A stretch of DNA of 64,000 nucleotides from an uncultured Candidatus Berkelbacteria bacterium. GTDB lineage: Bacteria; Patescibacteriota; UBA1384; 2-12-FULL-50-11. This document shows positions 32,109 to 39,803 of this stretch, piece by piece. The stretch's first letter is position 1; each line of letters begins with the position of its first letter. The notes beneath the pieces are model-generated. The model searched no databases. It saw only the letters and a list, made by a program, of their open reading frames with translations, and was not told where the DNA came from. The stretch lies in the NCBI GenBank assembly GCA_903839975.1, contig CAIMEH010000013.1:15999-79998 (forward strand), in the 5' to 3' direction. The translations under genes and the position numbers were made by a program.

Positions 32109-32435
32109 CTACTTGAGGGTAATATTCAGTTTTCTATCTAAAATATCTGCATATCTTTCCAGAAAATCTAACGATGGATTAAATTTTCCAGCCTCAAATT
32201 TAGAGACAACCGACTGATAGGTTTTTAATTTGTCGGCTAGCTGTTTTTGGGTCATTCTTTTTTGCAGCCTGGCGTTACGGAAACCGCCGATCACTAACTG
32301 TCGTTTCTCTGGTACTGCCATAGGCTCGGGTTTTGGCTTGATGTAGTGAGGATTGCGGACTTTTTTGTGGCGATATACCTTCTTTGGTCCACCGGTTGTA
32401 ATAATTATAAACTCATCAACGGTGTTTAATTCCAT
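32109..32435 (-). CDS. XRE-family helix-turn-helix transcriptional regulator
   Basis: C-terminal HTH_XRE region LQKRMTQKQLADKLKTYQSVVSKFEAGKFNPSLDFLERYADIL. An alternative start at the internal Met (MAVPEKRQL) is possible. Confidence 0.7.
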   Translation of the reverse strand: MELNTVDEFIIITTGGPKKVYRHKKVRNPHYIKPKPEPMAVPEKRQLVIGGFRNARLQKRMTQKQLADKLKTYQSVVSKFEAGKFNPSLDFLERYADILDRKLNITLK

Positions 32436-32439
32436 ACAC

Positions 32440-32465
32440 TAAATATGACCCGTAGGTCATATTTA
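32440..32465. repeat. palindrome copy 2: taaatatgacc-cgt-aggtcatattta, 5 bp upstream of the HTH start codon
   Basis: Perfect 11-bp arms. Confidence 0.8.
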
Positions 32466-32549
32466 TGCAAATGTGCTAGGATGGGTGCGCAAAGGCTTAA
32501 TAAATAAACTAACATAAGAGCATTTAAACTTTACAGACGGCTTTATGGC

Positions 32550-32578
32550 TTGACTTTCAGGTTAAAAGATGCTAATCT
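32550..32578 (+). promoter_or_regulatory. sigma70-like promoter TTGACT-17-TAATCT of the DGR target gene
   Basis: cttgactttcaggttaaaagatgctaatct, with RBS aaggagg before a GTG start at 32652. Confidence 0.5.
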
Positions 32579-32651
32579 TTAGCCACTCTAATTGAGTATT
32601 TTGTTCATTTACACGACCGCGGTGCAAAGCATCGCAAGGAGGAAGTAACCC

Positions 32652-33389
32652 GTGGAAGACGGAATTACCCCTATTCAAAAACAAGTTGATCATGCTGAAA
32701 ATATGATCGAGAGGACATTTTCAAACTATCCCGACGCCAAAAGGCTTCAAAGAGCCATGGGCAATGCCGACTGGAAAAAGCGCCTATGGGCGCTAGCAGA
32801 CGAGCTTGGCTTCGACCCAACCAAAATCTTGGAACGGGCTCGTTTCGAAGTTTATGGCAAGTTTCTGGGTTTTGATTGCCCAGACTTAACCCAGCTAGCT
32901 ATCCCAGCACCTAGGAATGGTTTCAATTGGATTCGTCCAATCGTAGCAATTCACGAAAAGGCCCCAAATGAAGCTGCCTTCCAGCAGCTAAAGAAGCAGT
33001 TTGGTGATAAGGCGTGGAAGTACACCGATAAGGTGCTTGACGAGGTGATAAAAGACAACGACCGTGACCCCCTTAAAAGCGGGCCTTACGTCATCCGAGC
33101 GCGCGACCGAGTTGAAGCTGACGAGGAGCTAAAAAACTTTTCAGCTAACCAACTGACTGAGCGCAAGATTGCTGGTAACACGCTCTATGAGCGACAGATA
33201 CTTGAAGCCTTTCACTATGTGGAAACCGGTGAACATTTAGACGTGGTGAATGTTACGCTCTGTTCAGGGTCACGTGGCTCCGACGGTAGCGTCCCGGACT
33301 ACTACTGGTACAACGGCGAGTTCAGGGTCCTTTGGTACTTTCCCGACGACCACAACGACAACTTGCGTGCCCGTGAGGTGGTTTCCTAA
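32652..33389 (+). CDS. DGR target (variable) protein. The C-terminal ~40 aa are encoded by the VR; the C-terminus is C-type-lectin/FGE-like, a frequent DGR-target architecture.
   Basis: The 3' 120 bp match the TR with A-specific substitutions. The C-terminal Y/W/N-rich segment (VPDYYWYNGEFRVLWYFPDDHNDNLRAREVVS) is typical of diversified CLec ligand-binding loops. Confidence 0.8.
   Translation: MEDGITPIQKQVDHAENMIERTFSNYPDAKRLQRAMGNADWKKRLWALADELGFDPTKILERARFEVYGKFLGFDCPDLTQLAIPAPRNGFNWIRPIVAIHEKAPNEAAFQQLKKQFGDKAWKYTDKVLDEVIKDNDRDPLKSGPYVIRARDRVEADEELKNFSANQLTERKIAGNTLYERQILEAFHYVETGEHLDVVNVTLCSGSRGSDGSVPDYYWYNGEFRVLWYFPDDHNDNLRAREVVS
33267..33386 (+). repeat. DGR variable region (VR)
   Basis: 120-bp homology to the TR. 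About 20 mismatches lie almost exclusively at TR adenine positions. The last ~35 bp are invariant and IMH-like. Confidence 0.85.
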
Positions 33390-33407
33390 CCCTTCTTCCT
33401 TTTCTCT

Positions 33408-33454
33408 TTTTCCCTTGCCCAGCCCAATGTTTTGCTCTGCAAAACTAGGGCTGG
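33408..33454 (+). terminator. GC-rich hairpin (gcccagccc...gggctgggc, with a nested inner stem) plus T-run immediately 3' of the VR. This is the DGR homing-associated hairpin and the terminator of the target gene.
   Basis: Read directly from the sequence. Confidence 0.7.
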
Positions 33455-33660
33455 GCTTTCTTTATGGCCAAAATTTTAATACTGTTGTTTTGGCTACAAA
33501 ACCGGTTCGTAGTTCGTTCGAATAGCGGTTTGCCAGCATTAGGAAACTACGTGCCAAGTTCAAAGAGGGTTGCTTCTACGCATGCCTCGTAATGCATCGC
33601 GAAAAGAAAATGTTTAATTTTCTGCTTATTTTGGCTCATACAGAAGGATAAGGCACATAA

Positions 33661-33780
33661 GGGTCACGTAACTCCAACGGTAACGTCCCGAACTGCAACT
33701 GGTACAACGACAAGTTCAGGGTCAATTGGTACAATCCCGACAACCACAACGACAACTTGCGTGCCCGTGAGATAGTCTCC
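33661..33780 (+). repeat. DGR template region (TR)
   Basis: Asn-codon (AAC)-rich when read in the VR frame (GSRNSNGNVPNCNWYNDKFRVNWYNPDNHNDNLRAREIVS). It is non-coding by itself. Confidence 0.85.
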
Positions 33781-33799
33781 GAAACGAACCCCGCTGTAT

Positions 33800-34186
33800 T
33801 TAGCGGGGTTCGTGATCTAATGATTTTATCCAACCGTTAGTCATCTGTGAGATTTCCTGAAGCTCTTGCGATACTAACACATAGTTTCTTGGCTTGATTA
33901 TTTTTAGCTCATAGCTAACTCTAATTAGCCTCTTCTCTAGCTCAACCTCTCTGCGTAATTTTTTAAGGTTAGGTAGCTTCTCTTGTTTGGGTAAAAAAGC
34001 CGCCTCTACAGCCAGTGTTAAGCTGTTTAAGCACGAGTTTTCGATCCTCGTAAATATTCCTAACTTGTCCCTCTTGGGTAGACTTGAGCTAAGGCTGTAA
34101 ATCTGTTTGTATAATTCAATAATCTTATGAACAACGGGAACATCGTTTGTGGAAAACTTTCCCGAGAGAGAGAGAGGGAGAGAGAG
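33800..34186 (-). CDS. avd: Avd-like accessory variability determinant (four-helix-bundle family). The open frame is 128 codons with no canonical start codon in frame.
   Basis: Translation ...VVHKIIELYKQIYSLSSSLPKRDKLGIFTRIENSCLNS...QELQEISQMTNGWIKSLDHEPR resembles Avd/bAvd proteins, including the C-terminal I.KMLNGLIKSL-type helix. The stop codon sits in the loop of hairpin 33786-33811. Confidence 0.6.
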   Translation of the reverse strand, partial: LSLPLSLSGKFSTNDVPVVHKIIELYKQIYSLSSSLPKRDKLGIFTRIENSCLNSLTLAVEAAFLPKQEKLPNLKKLRREVELEKRLIRVSYELKIIKPRNYVLVSQELQEISQMTNGWIKSLDHEPR

Positions 34187-35184
34187 CTAAAAGAGTCTTT
34201 TTCCATGAAGGTACTTTCGCAAAAATAATCTCTTTAGACAACCTATTCTTGGCATGGGCGAATTATTGTAAGGGCAAGAGGAGTAAAGATGATGTTCAGA
34301 AATTTGAATTTTCGCTAGAAGACAATATTTTCCAGCTTCATAACGAGTTGCTAGCGCACAAATACAGTCCAGGAAAATACCAACAATTTTTAATCACTGA
34401 CCCCAAAAAGCGAGTCATAAGCAAAGCACTGGTTCGCGATCGTTTGCTTCATCAAGCGATTTATCAGATTCTTTATCCGCTCTACGACAAAACTTTTATT
34501 TTTGATAGCTATTCATGTCGCAACGGTAAAGGAACGCACAAAGCATTTGCTCGGCTTGTTTCCATGACGCAAAAAGTCAGTCGCAGCTACACCGCACCTT
34601 GTTGGGCGTTGAAGATGGATATTAGAAGGTTTTTTGACAGTATCGACCACGAAACTTTGCTTGAGCTTCTTGGGCAAAGAATAAACGATGCTTACTTAAT
34701 GACGCTACTGGAAAATATTGTAAGAAGCTTTGAATTCAGCCCAGGCAAGGGTATGCCACTTGGAAATCTAACTAGTCAGCTTTTTGCCAATATCTACATG
34801 GATCCGTTAGATAAATTCTTAAAACACAAACTAAATGCTAAATACTATCTGCGCTACGCCGATGATTTTGCAGTTGTCTCGTCAGACCATGATGAATTAC
34901 TTGGGTATTTTATTGAGATAAATAGTTTTCTTAAAGAAAAACTAAAACTATCGTTCCATCCGAATAAAATTGGTCTCCGTAAATTAAGCTGGGGCATTGA
35001 TTTTGTCGGCTATGTGGCGTTACCGCACTATCAATTACCAAGAAATAAAACCGTAAAGCGAATATTGAAGAAAGTCGCAAAATCTTCCGAAGAGGAATTG
35101 TCAAAAACTTTGCCGTCGTACCTTGGCTATCTTAACCACGCTTCAAGCCACAAAGTTACTAAAAAAATAATGCCTTCTACCTAG
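34147..35184 (+). CDS. DGR reverse transcriptase; TTG start as in the ORF track, true N-terminus uncertain
   Basis: RT motifs: DGR-specific LGNLTSQLFANIY (I/LGxxxSQ in motif 4), catalytic YADD (YLRYADDFAV), and the motif 1/2 region (RVISKALVRDRLLHQAIY). Confidence 0.9.
   Translation: MWKTFPREREGERAKRVFFHEGTFAKIISLDNLFLAWANYCKGKRSKDDVQKFEFSLEDNIFQLHNELLAHKYSPGKYQQFLITDPKKRVISKALVRDRLLHQAIYQILYPLYDKTFIFDSYSCRNGKGTHKAFARLVSMTQKVSRSYTAPCWALKMDIRRFFDSIDHETLLELLGQRINDAYLMTLLENIVRSFEFSPGKGMPLGNLTSQLFANIYMDPLDKFLKHKLNAKYYLRYADDFAVVSSDHDELLGYFIEINSFLKEKLKLSFHPNKIGLRKLSWGIDFVGYVALPHYQLPRNKTVKRILKKVAKSSEEELSKTLPSYLGYLNHASSHKVTKKIMPST
34164..34186. repeat. (GA)n / (CT)n dinucleotide microsatellite at the divergent overlap of the RT and Avd N-termini
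   Basis: gagagagagagagggagagagag. Confidence 0.9.
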
Positions 35185-35221
35185 CTACTTTTGGTTGCAC
35201 AAATTTTTTATCTTACTTGAA

Positions 35222-35255
35222 GGCATAAATATGACCTATAGGTCATATTTATGCC
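35222..35255. repeat. palindrome copy 3: ggcataaatatgacc-tat-ggtcatatttatgcc, lying between the RT stop and gltX
   Basis: Perfect 15-bp arms. It shares the core aaatatgacc/ggtcatattt with copies 1 and 2. Confidence 0.8.
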
Positions 35256-35308
35256 AATAGTTATCATTGAGTGAAGCCAGAAACCCCAAAAACAGGTACA
35301 ATACAAAC

Positions 35309-36769
35309 ATGGAAAACGAAGAAATCAGAGTTCGATTTGCCCCGTCACCAACCGGCAAATTCCACATTGGTAGTGCCAGAACGGCTCTGTTCAACTATCT
35401 TTTTGCCAAGAAAATGGGCGGCAAGTTTATTCTGCGTATCGAAGACACCGACAAAGAACGTAGCAGCGAAGAATATACCCAAGACATTATCAACTCACTT
35501 CTCTGGCTGGGTATCGGTTGGGACGAAGGTCCGCAGGTTGGTGGCGAGTACGGCCCGTATTTTCAGACCCAACGCCTAGGTTCGTACAAAAAATTTGCCG
35601 ACAAACTTTTAGAGGACAAAAAAGCCTACAAGTGTTTTTGCACGGCAGAAGAACTTGAAGCAGAGCGAACCGCTCAACACGCTGCCAAGCAAGCACCAAA
35701 GTACTCTGGCAAATGTCGCAATCTGACCCCTGAACAAGTAGCCGAGAACGAGAAGGCCGGCAAGCCGTTTGCTATCCGTTTTATCACCCAAGAGAAGAAG
35801 GTAGATTTTGACGATCTGATCAAAGGTCATATCAGTTACGACGCAGGGTTAATAGGCGATTTTACAATCGTTCGTTCCGACGGCATGCCACTTTTCACTT
35901 TCGCAGTTGTTGTTGACGATTACGAGATGAAAATCAGCCACGTTTTGCGAGGCGAAGAACATCTGCCAAACGCCGCCAAACATATTCTGATTGCTGAAGC
36001 AATGCAGATTATGCCACCGCAGTTTGGCCACATGCCGTTAATTTTGAATACCGACAAAACCAAGATGAGTAAGCGCAAAGATCCAGTTTCTGTGACCGAC
36101 GACTATCGGGCCAAAGGCTACCTGCCAGACGCCTTGGTTAACTTTATCGCCTTGCTCGGTTGGAATAACACCGACGATCAAGAAATTTATTCCATGAAAG
36201 AGCTGATTCAGGAGTTCCAGATCGAGCGTGTCGGCAAAAGTCCATCCATCTTTGATCGCGAAAAATTGCTTTGGATGAATGGTTTGTACATCCGCCATCT
36301 AACTGTTGGCGAGTTGGCATCGCAAGCCCAGAATTTTATTACCGACAAAGAGTTGGAAGATAAGATTATGGAGCGGCCAGATTTCTACCTTCAGGCTGTG
36401 GCTCTGGTTCAAGATCGCTTAAAATTACTCAGCGAAGTTCAGGAGATGATTAAGTTTTTCTTCTTCCCGCAAGAGTATGATGCCGAAGTTTTGATCGCCA
36501 AAAAATCAGATAAAACACGCACAGCTTTGGCTCTAAAGCTGGCCGAGGAAGAACTGGCCAAACTAACCAAATTCTCTCACGACGAGACCGAATCAACTCT
36601 GCGAGCCGCCGCTCAAGTTAACGAGCTGCAAGCCGGTGAAATTTTATGGTCGGTTCGTGCCGCCCTTTCCGGAAGTTCTGCATCGCCAGGAGTATTCGAA
36701 TTACTCGAGGTATTCGGCAAAGACGAATCCCTAAAACGCATCGCCACTGCCCGCACAAAACTTGCCTAA
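35309..36769 (+). CDS. gltX: glutamyl-tRNA synthetase
   Basis: MENEEIRVRFAPSPTGKFHIGSART (HIGH-type motif) and KMSKRK (KMSKS motif). Confidence 0.9.
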   Translation: MENEEIRVRFAPSPTGKFHIGSARTALFNYLFAKKMGGKFILRIEDTDKERSSEEYTQDIINSLLWLGIGWDEGPQVGGEYGPYFQTQRLGSYKKFADKLLEDKKAYKCFCTAEELEAERTAQHAAKQAPKYSGKCRNLTPEQVAENEKAGKPFAIRFITQEKKVDFDDLIKGHISYDAGLIGDFTIVRSDGMPLFTFAVVVDDYEMKISHVLRGEEHLPNAAKHILIAEAMQIMPPQFGHMPLILNTDKTKMSKRKDPVSVTDDYRAKGYLPDALVNFIALLGWNNTDDQEIYSMKELIQEFQIERVGKSPSIFDREKLLWMNGLYIRHLTVGELASQAQNFITDKELEDKIMERPDFYLQAVALVQDRLKLLSEVQEMIKFFFFPQEYDAEVLIAKKSDKTRTALALKLAEEELAKLTKFSHDETESTLRAAAQVNELQAGEILWSVRAALSGSSASPGVFELLEVFGKDESLKRIATARTKLA

Positions 36770-36837
36770 CTTAATTTTTCTGCTTACTCTTGTATTAAGA
36801 GTGTCTCGTTAATAGTAGACGCAATAGGAGGAGAGAG

Positions 36838-37041
36838 ATGAAAATATTAGCATCAGTAAGTTCGCTTTTGGCCTTGGTTGGTTTGTACATGGTATACGCA
36901 GGTAGCCTATCGAATACCTGGGGTTATCTATTGTTTGCCTACTTCTTAGTAGTCAACTTGGTTGGTTTGTTCATGGGCGGCAAAAAGGATGAGGCTTCCT
37001 CACCATCGATGCCATCAACCCCAACAACTCCAACAGTCTAA
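36838..37041 (+). CDS. small membrane protein with Ser/Thr/Pro-rich tail (67 aa)
   Basis: Strong RBS aggaggagagag before the ATG; two TM helices. Confidence 0.45.
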   Translation: MKILASVSSLLALVGLYMVYAGSLSNTWGYLLFAYFLVVNLVGLFMGGKKDEASSPSMPSTPTTPTV

Positions 37042-37056
37042 TTGAATTTGGAAAAA

Positions 37057-37091
37057 GAAAGAGACAGGGTTAAAATCCTGTCTCTTTTTTG
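37057..37091 (+). terminator. rho-independent terminator
   Basis: agagacagg-gttaaaat-cctgtctct followed by tttttt. Confidence 0.75.
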
Positions 37092-37115
37092 GTAGAATTA
37101 CAGAAGTAATATCGA

Positions 37116-37187
37116 TGCCGGGTCGTCTAGTGGTAGGACGATTGCCTCTGGAGCAATAAATCGAAGGTTCGAATCCTTCCCCGGCAA
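37116..37187 (+). tRNA. tRNA-Gln (anticodon CTG)
   Basis: Cloverleaf folded by hand: acceptor tgccggg/cccggca, 3-bp D-stem gtc/gac (Glu/Gln-like), anticodon stem attgc/gcaat with loop ctCTGga, T-arm gaagg-ttcgaat-ccttc. No encoded CCA. Confidence 0.75.
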
Positions 37188-37188
37188 C

Positions 37189-37475
37189 ATAAGAAAAGTC
37201 CCCTTGTGGGGCTTTTTCTTTTGTTGCCTAGATTCGAACCGCAAGCTGATAGGCTTGTAAGGTTCGCTAACGAGCGTAACGAAGTGAAGCGAGTTTTACG
37301 CAGTGAAGCGGAGTCCTCCTTCCCCGGCAACAAAAAGTAAATATTGAGAAGTGAGCGACGGCACGTCGCGAAAACGGTAGGACGCTTGCCTCTGGAGCAG
37401 GAGATCTCGCTACGCTCGAGCTCTCACACTTCGTGTTCGACATCGAAGGGAATCCCTCCCCGGCAACAAAAAAAT
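37189..37475 (+). other. Degenerate tRNA-Gln-derived repeats: two further copies of the tRNA 3' end tcc(c)ccggcaaca at ~37315-37334 and ~37455-37470, plus a partial D/anticodon arm copy (ggtaggacgcttgcctctggagca, ~37378-37401). Possible pseudo-tRNAs or att-site scars.
   Basis: Direct sequence comparison with the intact tRNA. None of the copies can form a complete acceptor stem. Confidence 0.4.
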
Positions 37476-37766
37476 AGAGCCAAGGTATTAGCTTGGCTCT
37501 TCGAGAATAGCGGGATGAGTCTTATTGGCATTTAAATACCTAGGTTTAGCTTATCTAAGCTTAAGACCTGACTAAACTTGTGCGGTATTTCCTAGATAAC
37601 AGATGACTTCATAGCTCCGTTTCCATTTGCACGGCTTTTTAGGGCGGTGCTTTTTTGTGTCAGCGTGGGCCTGTCTACTTGCTTCTTGTCTACCGACAGT
37701 GTTCAAGTACCTAGTTGGGCTGTCGCCTGATCTGCCTCAATTCCTCATCCGACTCGTTAACGTGCA

Positions 37767-38765
37767 TTAGCATTGTCGCACAGAATTTCGATAATTCAAG
37801 GCTAGTACTTCCAGTGCCTCTTGATGGCTGTTAGTGGCCATTAGTTTTTCTCGTAAGTCGGCGGCGCCATCGAAGCCGCTAACGTAAATTTTGAAGTACT
37901 TCTTGAGTGGCGGATAACATTTCTCACCTGTCCAGGTTTTTTCGTGAAGTTTGATATGATGGACAAGAAGTGAGATGAGCTCCGTATTTTTTGAGGTTGC
38001 CCTATTCATGCTGAATACCAGGGGATTATGAAATATTCCGCGGCCAATCATAACGCCGTCTATGCCATATTTTTTTACCAGCTCTTCGCCCTGTTCTCTT
38101 GATAATATATCGCCGTTGGCGATTATTTTTGTTTCTGGCGAAATCTTGTCACGAAGTTCCACTATCTTGGTTAGTTCGTCGTATTGAGCCGGCGCTTTGC
38201 TCATCTGAACAGCGGTACGTAAGTGAATGGTTGAGGCAGCCAATTTGAACCCAAGTAAAAAGCTAATCCACCTCTCGGTATCTACTGTTTTGTATCCAAG
38301 ACGAGTTTTAACGCTGACAGGCAGATTTTTGCCAGCCGCTTTTTGGACGGCGGTAATAATTTCTCCGGCAAGTTGTTCGTTGTTAATTAGAGCGGCGCAG
38401 GCACCTTTCCTGACAACCGTTTTCTCTGGGCAGCCCATATTGATGTCGACACCGGCAAAGCCCGCTCTCTTAATGTATTTAGTTAAGGTAGTAAAATTCT
38501 CTGGTTTTAACCCCCAGATCTGAGCGATGAGGGGTTGTTCTTCTGGGGTAAACTTAAGTTTCTGGGATACTTTTTCTCTCCCTACTGAGCAAAAACCATC
38601 AGCGTTCACGAATTCAGTAAAAAATAGATCAGGTTTGGCAGTGCCAGCGATTATTCCGCAGGACTCTGAAGCGCCAGTGATGATACGACGAAAAACGGTG
38701 TCAGTGACATCGTCCATGGGAGCAAGCACAAAAAACGGATGCGGTAGCTCGTCGTAAATATTCAT
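37767..38765 (-). CDS. tRNA-dihydrouridine synthase
   Basis: Dus family TIM barrel (FFVLAPMDDVTDTVFRRII; catalytic Cys region NMGCPEK). Start placed at MNIYDELP. Confidence 0.8.
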   Translation of the reverse strand: MNIYDELPHPFFVLAPMDDVTDTVFRRIITGASESCGIIAGTAKPDLFFTEFVNADGFCSVGREKVSQKLKFTPEEQPLIAQIWGLKPENFTTLTKYIKRAGFAGVDINMGCPEKTVVRKGACAALINNEQLAGEIITAVQKAAGKNLPVSVKTRLGYKTVDTERWISFLLGFKLAASTIHLRTAVQMSKAPAQYDELTKIVELRDKISPETKIIANGDILSREQGEELVKKYGIDGVMIGRGIFHNPLVFSMNRATSKNTELISLLVHHIKLHEKTWTGEKCYPPLKKYFKIYVSGFDGAADLREKLMATNSHQEALEVLALNYRNSVRQC

Positions 38766-38860
38766 CTTAGTAATTTTACCAGTAAATATGGCATAAACCG
38801 AGTGTATTAGGGTAAATAATCTTGACACAGTAGTTTAGGGTGCTAGCATTATGTTGAACC

Positions 38861-39343
38861 ATGACTGAAGATAACAAACCAACCTACAAACAAATGTTCC
38901 GCTCGAAATCCGACCGAATGCTTTTTGGCGTCTGCGCTGGTATCGCCAAATATTTTGAAATCGACCCAGTTCTCGTTCGAGTTCTATTTGTAATCTCGGC
39001 TTTCTTCGGTGGCTTCGGAGTTTTGGTTTACATCGTTCTGGCAATCGTCATGCCGGAAGAGGGTAAAGAAGCGCCTATGAACAAGGAAGATTTCAAGAAA
39101 AATGCCGAGGAGTTTGGCAAAGAAATGAAAGATAGCGCTGAAAAGTTCTCTCAGGATTGGCGCGAGCATAAGCACGAACATCGCTACCACAGCGGCGGCC
39201 GTTTTTGGGTTGGTGCCTTACTACTATTCTTTGGCGTTATGTTCTTGCTTGGTAGTCTTGGCTTTGTCGCATTCTCGATAATCGGCCATCTTTGGCCAGT
39301 AATCTTAATTCTTGTTGGCATCTCAATTTTACTGCGCGACTAA
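38861..39343 (+). CDS. PspC-domain membrane protein
   Basis: PspC domain LFRSKSDRMLFGVCAGIAKYFEIDPVLVRVLFVI, followed by TM segments. Confidence 0.7.
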   Translation: MTEDNKPTYKQMFRSKSDRMLFGVCAGIAKYFEIDPVLVRVLFVISAFFGGFGVLVYIVLAIVMPEEGKEAPMNKEDFKKNAEEFGKEMKDSAEKFSQDWREHKHEHRYHSGGRFWVGALLLFFGVMFLLGSLGFVAFSIIGHLWPVILILVGISILLRD

Positions 39344-39344
39344 G

Positions 39345-39716
39345 ATGGAAGAAGCACAGGTTAGTTACTACAAACATTACCGAGCTGGTCGGGGACTTGT
39401 TTGGGCGTTTATCCTAATCTCGGCCGGGATAGTTCTGTTACTAAATAACCTAGGCTATCTTTCTCAAGATGTTTGGCAGGTCATCTGGAGATTCTGGCCA
39501 GTACTGGTAATAATCTGGGGAATTCGGGCAATTTTGGGCCGAAACGCAGTTTCATATTACATCGCCAATATATTAGGCGTCTTAATTATTCTTAGCGTCT
39601 TATTCTACGTGCTGATGGCTAGCCACACCGGACTGGGTAACTGGTTAGTTGATCACTACACAAATATCGCCAACTACTCCTTTCCCGGCACCGGCAGTAT
39701 TCTAAACTACCGCTAA
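39345..39716 (+). CDS. hypothetical membrane protein, partner of the PspC-domain protein
   Basis: Four TM helices, adjacent to and co-oriented with pspC. Confidence 0.5.
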   Translation: MEEAQVSYYKHYRAGRGLVWAFILISAGIVLLLNNLGYLSQDVWQVIWRFWPVLVIIWGIRAILGRNAVSYYIANILGVLIILSVLFYVLMASHTGLGNWLVDHYTNIANYSFPGTGSILNYR

Positions 39717-39803
39717 ATCATAAAGCGTAATCTCAGACTAATTTAGGATATTGCTTTTTGCGCTCGAAAAAACTAACAATTAAATTTCCTGGAGGAATAT
39801 TAC

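Noticed and set aside
33636-33833. 65-aa minus-strand ORF overlapping the DGR template region
   Set aside because: It lies across the TR and the post-TR hairpin. The TR is a non-coding RNA template, and the ORF has no RBS or family similarity, so it is considered spurious.
37189-37475. Possible CRISPR array or tmRNA in the repeat-containing region after tRNA-Gln
   Set aside because: The repeats are unequal in spacing and derive from the tRNA 3' end, with no regular repeat-spacer periodicity. There is no tRNA-Ala-like acceptor or tag-peptide reading frame for tmRNA. No CRISPR array is seen anywhere in the window.
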